Below are positions 36,630 through 48,469 of a stretch of 64,000 nucleotides of DNA, piece after piece (position 1 is the stretch's first letter; each line of letters opens with the position of its first letter). The position numbers and the translations under genes are program-made. The notes below the pieces were generated by a model. That model was given only the letters and a program-made list of their open reading frames with translations, did not search any database and had not been told where the DNA came from. The stretch comes from Raillietiella orientalis. Taxonomy: Eukaryota. The stretch spans positions 248,001 to 312,000 of the forward strand of contig JAYWIR010000004.1 of assembly GCA_036172245.1 (NCBI GenBank), in the 5' to 3' direction.

Positions 36630-38290
36630 AGCAAGTTGAAGAGGGTCATGAGAGCTCCCCATTTTTTCGATTCTCCGTCATTGCATTGAATGAAGCGCTG
36701 GGGTGTTAGCTCCTGTGAGAGGTCTTTCTAGTCCATGCACGCATCGGAAGAACGCAAGAACCCATGAGGGGTCCCCAAATACAAGCCCTGACCGATCCCT
36801 GGACGCGGGAATCACGATTACCTGTCAGGAAAAAACTAGGCTTCTCCGTCACTGAAGATGTCACTGCTGAATTTTCTGTGCGATGAGTCAGTTGGGCAAA
36901 AGAGATCTTCATCGGATGACATGCTGAAAGAAAGAAAATGTGTTTGGCCAGAGTTGGATACTGCCTTCATCTCCCGCCAGAAGATTCCTGGAAAAAGTGA
37001 ACGATCACGTCATGATCTATCCGAAACGCAAGTTTTTGGGGGAGTTTCGCTCGCAAGAGGTTCCCTGATTGGCATGTCTACCGAAAGGCACCCACTTTTC
37101 TGGACCCAAGACGCAGAAGACGCGAATTCTGCGATTCTCCCCACTCTTCAAGTGCAGATTTGGCTGCCAGAAGGGAATCACGTGGAAACAATGCCTCTGG
37201 GATGGCGAGGTCAGCATGGGTCGCATGGAAACCAAGAGGCAACATTTGAAAAGCTTCCCGTAAGGAACGAAGCTGGAGGAAACCTAGCCGAAGAAGTTCA
37301 GCAGCCAGGAAGACGAACGCTACCAGCCGTGGACCTAATGTGGAGCCATCCTTCGCAATGTCTCCGCATCAGCCATCAAGAGGACTGCTTGTACCTCGGC
37401 AAGAGGCCATCAAAGCTCCATCAATAAATTTATCAATTGCAGGAAAGCTATTTCCCTAGAACAAGGCAGCTACTAAGCCATTTGCAGTATTGCCAAGTTC
37501 AACCGATCCAGAAAGCTGTTGGTTGCTAATTGATTCCCACACACCTCTTGCATAAGCAGAGCTAAATCTGAGTCACTGAAGCTGAATTCTGGACCCCAGG
37601 ATGAGAGCTTTTCGAAACACCGGTCGAAATGAAAATACCATTACAGCAGCGGTAAACCACCTTTTTGGCTCAACGGCATGCATCTCAGTTAAAAAAAGTG
37701 CTGCAGGTCACAACTTCTGTTGAGGGATTGCAGAATGCTTCCTCCCATGTGCCGAATGGACCTGGGCGCTTATCTCACCTCGTGGCCCGGTGCGGATTTG
37801 TTTCCATGGAAACCCTCGCCTCGGCGAAGGATCGCAGACCGCTCGTGCGGTTGCGTCTCGGCTGTTTTTATGCTTCTCGCAGCCGAAATAAATTCCGACG
37901 CCTTTTTTCATCCACTGGAACCCCTTTTTCGGGTTCCTTGGATTCTCGCTCAGGAGCATCTGGGACAGGCACTTTGCATGTATTGCGTTCATGCATCACG
38001 TCTCCGAAAAAGACGTCCGCCACCAAAAAAGAGTTCTTGCAGCCTCCACTTCCGCTGGACCACCGATAAATCTTCCTTCCTTGCAGTGCCAGTTTCATTT
38101 CTCTTTCGCGCTCCGTCGGTATCCAGTTTCTCCGTTGCTCGCTTCCGACGTGCGTTGAAGGCGACCCCCGAAACCAGTGGTGCGCTCCCTTTTTGCCGCA
38201 ACGGTCTGCAAATGCCCGTTCCAGAAATGCGCTCCGGGTCACCACTTTGGACACAAAGAGTACCAATTCCTACGAACTCGAAATTTATGG
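36630..38290 (-). mobile_element. hAT transposase remnant (mirror copy)
   Basis: The 5' part is shared through the inverted repeat. Beyond the repeat it continues with GVQ, RLNLA (37506-37490), AVTSSVTEKPSF (36868-36835, cf. PVTSAxxERSFS) and AMTENR (36685-36668, cf. STMxxxRL). Confidence 0.6.
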
Positions 38291-39086
38291 AAGTCGGTGT
38301 TTTTTTCTTGTTTTTTTTTTTTTTTTTTTTCCTTTTCTTTATTTTTTTTTTTTTTTTTTTTTCTCTCTTGCGAGCGCGCGCTCGAATTTCAACGGCCGGA
38401 CGGAATGCGCTCTTCGAGTCGGCTGCACCGGCGGCGGTGGTCCCGAAGGAAAATGGGCGAAAGGAGATGCAGGAAGAAATTTTCTTCTCGAAAGAGGAAG
38501 CGAAGCAGTTTTCGAGGAGAAGGAAGGAGACCGCAGGTCGGAAGAGAACCTTGTGATGGATCGCCCCTCTCCACGTTGCGCTTCCTCGCAGCTGCTGCAG
38601 CTTGATTTGCCCACGGCAGCCGGACTCCGAGCAGCTCTTTCCCCCGTTTCGCCACCACGGAAGAGGGAAACTTTCCTCGTTACGAGGCGGCTCCCGGTGC
38701 TCGTCGCCGCGCGCGCGCGCGCCCTCCTGCGGCTCCCGTACCAGCGTTCGCGCGGACTTGCCACATCATCTGACGGGATGCGGAAGGCGGAAGAAAGTCC
38801 GCCAACTCAGCACGCAGGGCGGTGTACTTCTTGCACGTGCCTTTCCGCCCTCATCTCCCTCAGGAGCCGGACCCGGGCACCCCCCTCCGCACAGCAGAAA
38901 GTGACCGAAGGCACTGACGACGATTGACCTCGCTGTTGACACCTCTGCAGGGACTGGACTTTCCTGGGGGAGCTGCACAGCGTGGGTGTGGATCGGTTGC
39001 AATCCGGAAGCGGCTGCCGGGACACGTGCAAAGGTGGCTACACATGGATCACGGAGTACGTGATCCACGTGTAGCCGATGGGCAGC
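37725..39086 (-). repeat. Right copy of the 1.35-kb near-identical inverted repeat
   Basis: Reverse complement of 28429-29780. Confidence 0.98.
39036..39076. repeat. 18-bp-stem hairpin (one mismatch, 5-nt loop)
   Basis: ggctacacatggatcacg-gagta-cgtgatccacgtgtagcc. Confidence 0.92.
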
Positions 39087-39299
39087 TTAATGCTCACCTC
39101 TGAATTGCAAACGCGAATGAGCGAAGAACAGCCTTGATATAAATGGGCCATTTTTGCGAAGGTTGTTCCATGCTTCCTTATCCGAGCCTCAAGTTGCTCC
39201 CTAGTCGTGGCATCCGCAAATTTTCAAATGCATCGAAAGAAGAGCGGTTCCCGTTTTTTCTTGCTCCTATGTTGCAGAAACAGCAGATCTGGAGCGAAG

Positions 39300-39950
39300 G
39301 AACGTGAACCACATCCAGTAAGTTGCATCCTAGTGTAGGATCGTGAACTCCGAACTCGCGTAAATTGTAGACGCCTCACACCCTTTGCATAAAACGTGGA
39401 TGTTCACAGAGGATTGCTTCTCAAATTAAGGATATTTTTAAGGAATTTATCGGACATAAAATGCTTTGTTTCCAGCAAGGAACTTTCATCTCCATGAAAC
39501 CCACAGAAGGGATCGAGTTCTTCTCTGAGAACACTATCGTCACCCATTTTGCTGTGGAATGCACAGATTCTTAAATGCGTCGGTAGTTGTGAGTGCGTGG
39601 GCCGTCAGACATCCAGTTCAAGAAATACTGCGCTCCCTTGCAAAATGTACAAGGAGGACTGGAGCACTCAGACTGTCACGTTCCATTGCTGCCTTTTCTT
39701 TGGGAACCAACCGTGAGAGAACTCCAGAACAGGCTGTGGATCGCTCACGTGTACACCAAGGCGAATTGAGTGATAAAGAGATTGCGAACCCACAAAAGCA
39801 GAAGCGGTTCTCTTTTTTAATGCATTCGACGGGCTTCCTGGAGCCTAATGTGGGATCGCCGTCTGATGAGCAGCTCGAGGATCTTCTTCGGCGAACCGCT
39901 GCTGTAGTTTGTGCTCCCGAGCCTCGTTCTAGAATTCTCTCATGATTGGC
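39300..39950 (-). mobile_element. Harbinger transposase remnant (mirror of 27510-28260)
   Basis: KKENRF..GF..GVHV (39820-39745, cf. GFP..DGTHV), THN..RI/FKN (cf. SxHDxRIFxNS) and MGDDS (~39540, cf. LGDSG). Confidence 0.4.
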
Positions 39951-40392
39951 TCCTTCTCCGTTTCTTTCTTTCTGCAGGTCGACCATTATGAGTTCACGCC
40001 TGCGTGGAGCCTGCATCTTATATATATCAGGCATGAATCCGCTTCAGATACGGCTGGTCAAAAGATTGAAAATTATGTCGGAAGAGAATCCACTCTTCCT
40101 CTCGTCCACAAGTCACGAGTTTGTCCTTCATCCTTCCGATGCCCGTCGTCCTTGCATTCAGGAAAGCCTCGATTTGTCCGCTCTTAATTTCACAGACCTT
40201 CCCCGTGCTCCTTCCCTGCAAGTTTGGTCGGCCACTCCCATCATAGGAGGTGAGTTCCCTAGCCAGAAGACCTCTTGTATCTTGCCTTGCTCTTTTTCGA
40301 AAGGCGAGTTGAAAAATTCAAATTCCATTGGAAGGAGAGGAAAAGTCAGAATGCTGCTCTTCTAAATTTGCCATTCTGTTCTTTTTCCTTGG

Positions 40393-40720
40393 ATGCAGAG
40401 AATCCTGATCTTGTCCGTAGAGATGCAGCAAGGAGAGCGAACCAACGCAGCATTGGATAGAACCAGCACTTATCGTGACGCGTGGCCGTGTGAGGAACAT
40501 CCGGAGGCACCGGCTGCTGTTCCTCACAGAATCTGGATGTGCAACTATAAGGGATCCGTTCCAGAGGTAAGTTGGTCTCGAGCCATTCCCGATTCGCAGC
40601 TCCAAAACGCGCCAAATTGACATAAAGGAGCACAGATGAAATCTTAGCACCGCTTCCTCCTTTGCGAAGCGGAAGAAAGCGCCCATGGTTTCTCTTTCGC
40701 AGACGTTGTGGAGCCAGAAA
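40393..40720 (+). mobile_element. MADF/Myb-SANT-like remnant (mirror of 26518-27081)
   Basis: LILSVE..ALDRTSTYRDAW (cf. LIxxVxxxPxLWD..YRD..AW) and PWFLF near 40683. Confidence 0.4.
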
Positions 40721-43269
40721 CTGAGTTGAGTCGCTTCGCCGTAGCCCTACCGATCGGCTCTCCTGCTGAGAAAAATAAGGAGCTCCAGACTCATGTCTCT
40801 GGATGCATTTCCGCTCCAGGTGCTTCTCCCGAGCAGAAAACGGCTATAGCAACAAGCTAACCAAACGGGTGCGGTCTCGTTGCCACTCCAACCTTGCTTC
40901 CCCTCCTCCCTCTCTGAAGTGGAAATGGGAAGGGGGCGGTGCGAATTCGTCTCACGAAACGACTATCCCTTAGGTCGAATTGCCTGTACTCTGGTTAAGA
41001 GGGGAAGCGACCTTAGAGAGTTCTTTCGAAATCGCTTGGAGCCCTTGAAAGTTTCTTGCAGTTCACAAGGGAGCCGAGAGGAACTCTTTTGCTGCTGACG
41101 TCTCTTCCGAATACGCAACCAAACGTCTCTGCAGGGCGGAATCAGCTCTCTGTGAAGGACGATGCCACCTGAGTCACGTCGGAGAGGTCCTCAGCTGCCT
41201 CTTCTCATCACGTTATCGCGTGATTCCCAATTGGGCATTCCGGTTCTCGTTCGAGCATCTTCCGCATGCCTTTCGGATGTTCTGTTTGCGTCGCAGCGCG
41301 TCTTTGAGCCTCCGATCCGAGGAGACCCCTGGGGTCCGAACACTTCTTCCTACAGAAGATCGGTTCCTCGACTCACCGGAGAAATTCAGGGAAGCCCCGA
41401 AGGTCAAGCCGCCGAGAGCACTGGCCCGGAGCAAGCGAGCTGACCCGACAGAACGAAGCTCAAATTCGGGAGGTCACATCGGATCAGCCAAAGAAGAGTC
41501 GTGGGAGCTGTGATAGACACCTTGGAGAACTCTTGTCAGATCCCCACGCAGAAAACGCGGATCGGCATTCTGCCAAGACTCTCGGAGTCTCTCCTCCAGC
41601 TGAAACATCCTTGGAGGATCGCGTCGTGCGCGCGAGAGAGATGACACGAGCACCTCTCCTCCGCTGGACTCGGCTCCGTCCACCCAGGAGGAGGTTAAGG
41701 CGATCTGGTTGGTGGGTCCGCTGCCGGGGAGCCGCGATTCGAGGCGCAGATTCATTCCGAATTTTCTGCTTGCCCCTTCAGAATCCTTTTCCCGGGACTT
41801 TCTCTCACACGCCCGTCGCTTCACGATGCCGACCTATCCGTGCCCTGTTCCTCTCAGGAACTCTGCTCTCTTGGAAGCCCACTAGCAGCATGCGCTGGAC
41901 CGTATCCTTCCTGCTGCGCGGTATCCAGAGTAGCGCAAGGAAGCCACCGCGCAGCCGTCCACACGGAGCGCTGGAGAATCGTGGGGAGACCTGAATCGTC
42001 CCCTTGCAGTGGGCGGGGCTCGAGCTCGGCTCACTCCAGAGTTCGAGTAGCGGGAAGGGTTGAGCGTGTCGTCTCCGAAGGAACGAGGTTGCGTCCTCCT
42101 AGCAATCCCACCCGCGGCGCATTGCCAGCACGACCGAACACAAAAGCAGTGAGTGTGAGCGGGTGAGAATTGGAGAATCTTCGGAATTAAAGAATCCTTT
42201 GAGGAATGGGAATTTCTTTCTTACTTTCTTTTTTTCTTAATTTTTTTTTTTCGCATTCAAGATGACCTCCGTTGCTCAGGAGAATATTTTCTGATCGCCT
42301 CTAGATGCCAACACGTCAAGCTCGAAAGAATCAAAAGAGCTCGCCCAGAAAATCAGCTGCTCTATCCCTAATACGCTCTCGTGCCCGAGACCATTCTGTG
42401 GAATGTCCGAGGTGTCCAGTTCTGATGAGAACCGTTCTTTAAAACCATCCATCGTCGAGGGAAAAAAATCCACGTGGAACCAACGAGAAGATGGGATGCT
42501 GAGAGGAACGGAACTCATCATCCAAAGAAGCCGGTCAGGAGGAAAGGGGGGAGGCAGGAGGAGGGGGCATCGGCCTCTTCGGAGAGCGTGCGTGCCACTC
42601 CGTCAAGGAGGCGAGGCATGGCGGCTTCAAATGCTTCTGCGGAAATGATCTTAGAGAGTTGTTTGAAGAAGAGGTCGCGCGCCTCCCAGCCCGCCAAAAA
42701 TCAGGTCTCCGTCGGAATCCTCCTGGCTCCTTCCCCGTCTCGAAAAGATGTATCCAGTGCATCATGTGCTCTGCAGAGGAGCAGCAGTCCCGCCCTCAGA
42801 CATGAGCTGGACACAGCCGAACTACCGTGAGCGCTCACGTGGGTGCAGCCCCAACTCGGGGAGCTCCTTGTATCGAAAATTTTGTGCCAGGAATCGCAAT
42901 CCTGGCCTAAAAGATTCGGACAAGTCGTCCGTGTCTTTTTAGAATGCGTGGATTCCTGCGCCTAGAACTCGTTTTCATGGAACACTGTGGTCGCCTCTGA
43001 AGCCATGCTTCATAGGAGTTGGGAGACCGGGATTGTCGAGGCCTCCGAGGGGAGGTTCCGGACACAGTGCTTCCTTCAGGAGACCATTCTGGTCTTCCTT
43101 TTGGTGCTCCGAAAGATCTGCTTGTCCGGTGATGCTGGGAAAGAAGGCTTCCCCAACCTGCCTGAAACTGCCCGAAACTCCGAAAAGAGTCTGAACTCTC
43201 TGAGGGAGGAAAGTAACGTAGGATAGGGATCAAGTGGTCAGCATCCGGAAACATTCTCCTTGCTATCGG

Positions 43270-46200
43270 CTACTCATTCAAAGAGGAAGAATTTCCTCAG
43301 GAGGGACTCACCAAAACTGTTTCCTGAATCCTCTGTGCTAAACATTCCGGATGCCCTACCTCACCACACCATCCGGCTTATTTCCCTTTTCCCTGTTTCT
43401 GTTTCTATGGAAAGGATGACAAGTAAGTTCAATGCTTCCACTTGACTGAAGTGGATGCTCACAAGGTCGGTCCTTGGTGGCGGTTCTCGAGCTCCTCTTC
43501 TTGATTCGATTCGACAGAAAACTCTCTTGAGCCTCCTTGAGGACTCACACGAGATATCTGGTTTGGGATTTGCAGAAAGGGAGAGGCGAGAGACTGACGG
43601 ATTCCTGCAAGAGCGCAAAGACAAAGAAGATGGGAGCAGCGGCGATAAGAGGAGAAACTCGTGAAAAGATGGGAACTCGGACGAAATGCGAACTTCTTCC
43701 GCAAAAAGAGTAAGCACCCAGAACTGAGATTCAAATAGGTGAGAGAGAACCCTTCTTCACCTTCCCTGGAGGCGTGGCTTTTTTGCTAGCGATCTCTCCA
43801 CGCTGCATCCGAGCTCTGGATACAAAGTCAGTAATGGCTTCTCCTCAGCCCCTAGTGGATGAAGATCCTTCAACATCCAAGAGAGAAAGACGTCTGCAAG
43901 CCGCAGGTTGTGCGTCTAGGTGGCCGAACACGACGGGAATCTCTCCTCTGCTGCAGCGTTCTGGAGGAGCTCCCCTCGAGCATTAAGAGCAGACACAGAA
44001 AAGGGTTGCCCCTTTGCCCTCGCTCACCCGCTCCATCCCAGCGTCTTCCCGCACGAAGGAACAGGAGTTCTCCAAGCATCTGCTACAGGAAACAACTGCC
44101 AGCTGCTGTCCCGCATCTGGAGTGGAAAGCGCGGTGCGGCCGACGCTCCCGAGCATACCATCCGCTGCTCTGACGCATCCTTCTGGGAACAGGAAAGGAG
44201 GAAGGAAGAGCCCAGGGAACTCGAGGCGCTCTAAGAAGAGTACGTTGACTCACTACGTCGAGTCCTCGCGGAGGATGAAGGTTAGGTCAAGCGGAGCTGA
44301 GCTCTAGTCGTACGAAATAGTCGGTCTTGAGGGAGACTGCTGCTCTGGACCCAATTGCCACCAGCCTCGACTACTCTTGTAAACCTGGGAAGTGGATAGC
44401 AAGAGAGAGACTGGTTTGCTCTGCCGCGAGCGCTCCGGTCGCCCGCGGTGGGAAAAACGCGGGATCACTCAGGACACCCTCCCGGTTCCTTCCGCATCTT
44501 CCTCCAAGAAACTTCTTGACTTCTGGAACTTCTGAGGAACCCGAATGAGAGCAGTCGGACTTCGGACTCCTCCGACAGCAGCTGGGTGAGAATCTCCATC
44601 CTGTGCCTACGGCCACTCTGCTGGAGGAGGGCAGCAGCATGTCCTCTCGTTTTCTGCCCGAATTTCTCGCCCCTGGAGCTCTCGAATGCCGAAAGGACGC
44701 GTCCATCAGGCGAGTAAGCGCGCGAAGTAAGGAGGAACGAGAACGAGAGAAACGGAGGCGTAAGAGGAAACCGAGAGGAAGGCTCAATCGGGTAGGAAAG
44801 ACCTCTGCAACCTCCTCGGAGAGGTGTGATCCACAGGAAGGAGAAAAGCGCAAGAGACCTCTCCCAAGGTCCTTTGCAGAGATGAAATAATCCACAGTGC
44901 TCGGGAGAGCTGCGGGGAAGGGGGAAAGAGTGGTAGGGAAATCAAGACCACGCAGATTCTTCTCGAGTGCGGCAGTAGATCCTGCAGTTCTCATCCCGGT
45001 GGACGGGGGGATCACGTCGTCTCTCATTTCGCCCTCGCATTCCCTTTCGCATCTCCCTTGGCCCACCGTGCGACCGAGTTCCAAAGCTGGAAGTGGACAT
45101 GAACCAGCTAGTAGTCTGGACTCAAGACAGACTCTACAGGAGTAAGAGAAGGGAAACGAGCACTCCAGATTCTTCAGCCACCGCAAAATTTGGACTCTTC
45201 CTTGATCCGAGAAGAACTTTGGCATCCTTGGCACGAGGACCACACGCACAGATGATAGATACAGCATCAGCGTGCCACGGATACCACCGGAGGACCTATG
45301 AGATTCCCCTAGAGCTCCTGCATCTCCTTCGGGAAAAGAAGCGTGGCGAAGAGATCGTGAGCGAGAAGCGAGACTCGCTGAGTTCCCGGAATTCGTGTTC
45401 CGCTTCCCGAAAACGAGCTTCTTTCTCTTCGGAGCCTCCCTCGACCGTCTCGTTTGGATCTCCTCCACGCAGCTGCTTCCGCATTCGCTGCCTCGGGGTC
45501 GTATCGTGCGTGCCGGGAAGGGGAGTGTCCTGGCTGAAGTCTCTCTCTCTCCTCCTCCCCCTCCTCCCATCCCTCTCTCCTGAATCACGACTGCTGCTGG
45601 TGCCGATGCACGGGCAGAAGCGCGGGGTTCGTGGGCACCCCGAGCTGCGCAGGTTTTCCGGCGTCCCTGTGCGCAGGCAGGCGCGCGCGCGCGCTGCTGC
45701 AGAAAAGCTTGCAACTTTTCCCTCTGGGAAGGAACCGACTGCACGCGATGGTTGCTGCTGCAGCCGCTAACCGCGTCCTGTGACTCCTCCCCCCCTTTTC
45801 CTCGCCGCTGCTCCGTATGGACGACCACCAATGGCCGTCCACACAGAGAGTGATGGCTCCGGCAGTGACCATGATCATTAGGAGAGGACGAGAGGGTGCA
45901 AGTTCACGTGCTCAGCTTTTCCTCCTTCCGACCTCAGGTCGCTGCCGTTCCTGGGGAAGAGAGTGGGAGTGAGCGTGACCGCACCGTCTCCCGGGTGGTG
46001 AGCATCTCCTGCCGATTACGATCCACAGCAGGGGGAAGCACAGCCAGAATTACAGACCACTTCGTCGGTCACACCCAGCTGGAAGGACCTCACCCTCCTG
46101 GAAGGGTAGCTGAAGCAGCGACCGCTCAAGAACATAGCGGACTCCGTCCCGTTCCGGCGGGACAAGCGAAACTGAGCATCAAGGACGCGAAGTGAGTGGG

Positions 46201-47110
46201 CTTTCCTGTCCGAGTTGACAGGTCAAGCAGCTGGACGAACGGTCCATCCCTTTCTCCTCTCCTCCTCCCGTCCAGTTCCTCATTTCCTCATTCTTTCTTG
46301 CACGTATCCTTGGTAACCGTTCCGGTACCATCACGAGCACCAGAGACCGCGGTGACAGTTTTTCGCTATTGATCGCTTGTAGCGAGAAAAGATTGACCAT
46401 TGGCAGCTTCCTAAATCAATCAATCAGTTCTTTTTTTTTTATAAAGAAAAAAAAAGCAAAGGTGCCGTGGCATGCATGGAGGGGGGAGAACGAGACCTCT
46501 TTCCTCAGGCAACGGGGGAGATGCAAGCGTCATTGAAAAGTTAGCAGGATGGCGCTCTCGAGCCGACGCACCGCACCCTTCCGGAACGTATGTCGACAGG
46601 GAGTTCCCCGCATCCTGGCGTAGGGAGCACTTGTCGATCCCAAATCTCTCGGACTCGTAGCAGCCAGTTCTCGCCGCCGTCCGCTCCTCCGGAAGTCGCC
46701 GCTCCCTGTGCCCCTACGGCCCGTCCCGGAATGTGGCGGAAGGCGGTCCGCTCGGCAGGCATCCGAGGTGGGGAACTATGGCGCGGCTCTGGGAACCATG
46801 AGGACGAAGCCGGAAGTCCCTCCCCCCCGACCTGCAACCGCTCATTTTCGCGAGACGAAGCGAGGAAGGGGAGGAGAGGAATTCTCGTTCGAAGCAGTCT
46901 GGAAACTGGGCGTTGCATGGGCGATCCGACCCTTCCTGGGACGCGAACAGGGACAACACGTCCGCTTCGCTGCGCTCGCCTGAAGGAAGGTCCCCACTCA
47001 CACCCTCGAGCGATCAAGGAGCTCCTGGGCATGCGCTGTTTCGAGGAGCGCACTACCATGGTGGGGATGAGTGGGAAAAGAAGATCTCGAGAATCTCACT
47101 TGACAACCTG
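43270..47110 (+). mobile_element. DIRS-like retrotransposon remnant R4 (mirror of L4)
   Basis: GYKV (~43818), VFPHEGTG, SDASFW (cf. DLxDAYW), LSS (~44298), PNESSR (cf. NxEKSR), MNQL..PDSSATA (cf. HINxLE..SDNTTA), DSLSSR (~45372), LDL..LPR, LSIPNLSD..SLCP (46630-46714) and HPRAI. Confidence 0.6.
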
Positions 47111-48469
47111 ACAGGGAATGGGAAGGACCGCGAAGGAAGGGGGCAGCGCCCTGCAGCGGCAATCTGCAGGAAGGGAAGGAGGGCGAGAGAGGTCCAAGGT
47201 CGTGGACGCTCTGGAACGCTCTGTTTATCTCCAGCCGCCGTTACTTCCCCTTCCGGTGGGGCAGCTGGAGCGCGCCGTTCCCTCTATGACCCCCGCCACC
47301 TCCCTGCCGCCTGAACCCGGTAGAGGGCGCAGCGGCCGGACTCTCGTGGAAGAGCGGGACGACCGGAATGCGAGACCCTGTGCAGTGGGAGAAGTTCCAC
47401 GGAAGGCATCTCCCCAGTCTTGGACGGCCGCGCCACGAACGTCCTGGAGCCTTCGCTGTCTGCCTCGCGCGGTTCAGCTCCCGAGTTTTCTCGGAAGCTG
47501 CGAAGAGTGGCTTCTCTCCAGCGATCCTTCCGTCGTGGCTGCCGAAGCAAGGAGGCGTTGGAGGAAGAGTGGCCTCCTCGTTCTTCTTCTTCCCTCTGCC
47601 GTTCCTTCTGCGCTCCTCCCTCCCGGTTCCCCGGACAGTCGGTCAAGACAGGAGGAGTTGGCCCTGCCCACCGGGGCGACAAAGGCTCGCTCGGCCGCCG
47701 GTGCGCTCGCCTTCGCCGTCGATCCACGAGGCGTCCGCCCGCGAGTGGCGTGGTTTTTGCCTTCTCCCGGAGCGCGGGACCACGTGACCTTGAGGCGTCT
47801 TATTGACGTGTCACCGCGGCAGATTTATCTCTTACAACGTTTGTCCTTGAGCAGTTTATTTGCTCCTGCCGAAGCAGCGAATGCCGCTCGAGAGGTGCCA
47901 AACAATGCAGGTGACGTAGACGCTCTTCGCGCGAATGATGCTGGTAAACAACTCACCACTCTCTTCTTCTTCCTCTTTTTTTTTTTTTTTTTTTTCGAGT
48001 CTTTGTTTTGTCTTCTCCTCGGTTTTTTTTTTTTTTTTTTTCTTCGTCCCTCCCCCCTTCCGCTGCAGCATCACCGAACTTGGCGCGAGCGTACGGAAGA
48101 AAAGCTGGCGATAGCTCCTCCGCTTCGGAGCACTGGAGAGAGGAAGATACCGGCTGTGCAGAGGTGCATCTCCCCTTCCTCCTTCCCCTTCTCTGCACCC
48201 CAGGGAGGATGGGGCGGCACCCCTCGCGTTTCCTGGTCTCCTGGAGACGGGCCCGGCTCAGCCGCTCTCCAGGCTCGCGCGCTTCCGCGGCAAAAAGTCG
48301 AAGAGGAGGGAGGGAGGAGCCAGCGTTGCCGGAGGCTGTGAGACATCGGTTCTCCCTTCAGGTCTATCCGGAAATCTTACCCCCTCCTCCCTCTTCCAAA
48401 CTCCACACTCCTTCTGCTGCAGAAGATGGGAAAAGGAGGATGCGCACATGATGACACCACCGTACTGGA

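Noticed and set aside
28429..39086. A 10.7-kb transposon (Polinton, Mutator or Foldback-like) with 1.35-kb terminal inverted repeats
   Set aside because: There is no target-site duplication (left flank aacct, right flank ttaat) and no recognisable polB, integrase or capsid inside. The repeat edge cuts through a hAT gene, and the symmetry continues both inside and outside the repeat.
42276..42521. Minus-strand recombinase C-terminus (FWASSFDSFELDV)
   Set aside because: It is an isolated motif with no upstream recombinase motifs and no clear mirror counterpart.
44371..45831. Long ORFs such as 44371..45831 (486 aa), 28565..29908 (447 aa), 47118..48341 (407 aa) and 59480..60688 (402 aa) as real genes
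   Set aside because: They have Arg/Ser/Pro/Gly-rich composition typical of GC-rich non-coding frames, and some run through homopolymer tracts. Several are antisense to transposon remnants, and none has a coherent domain.
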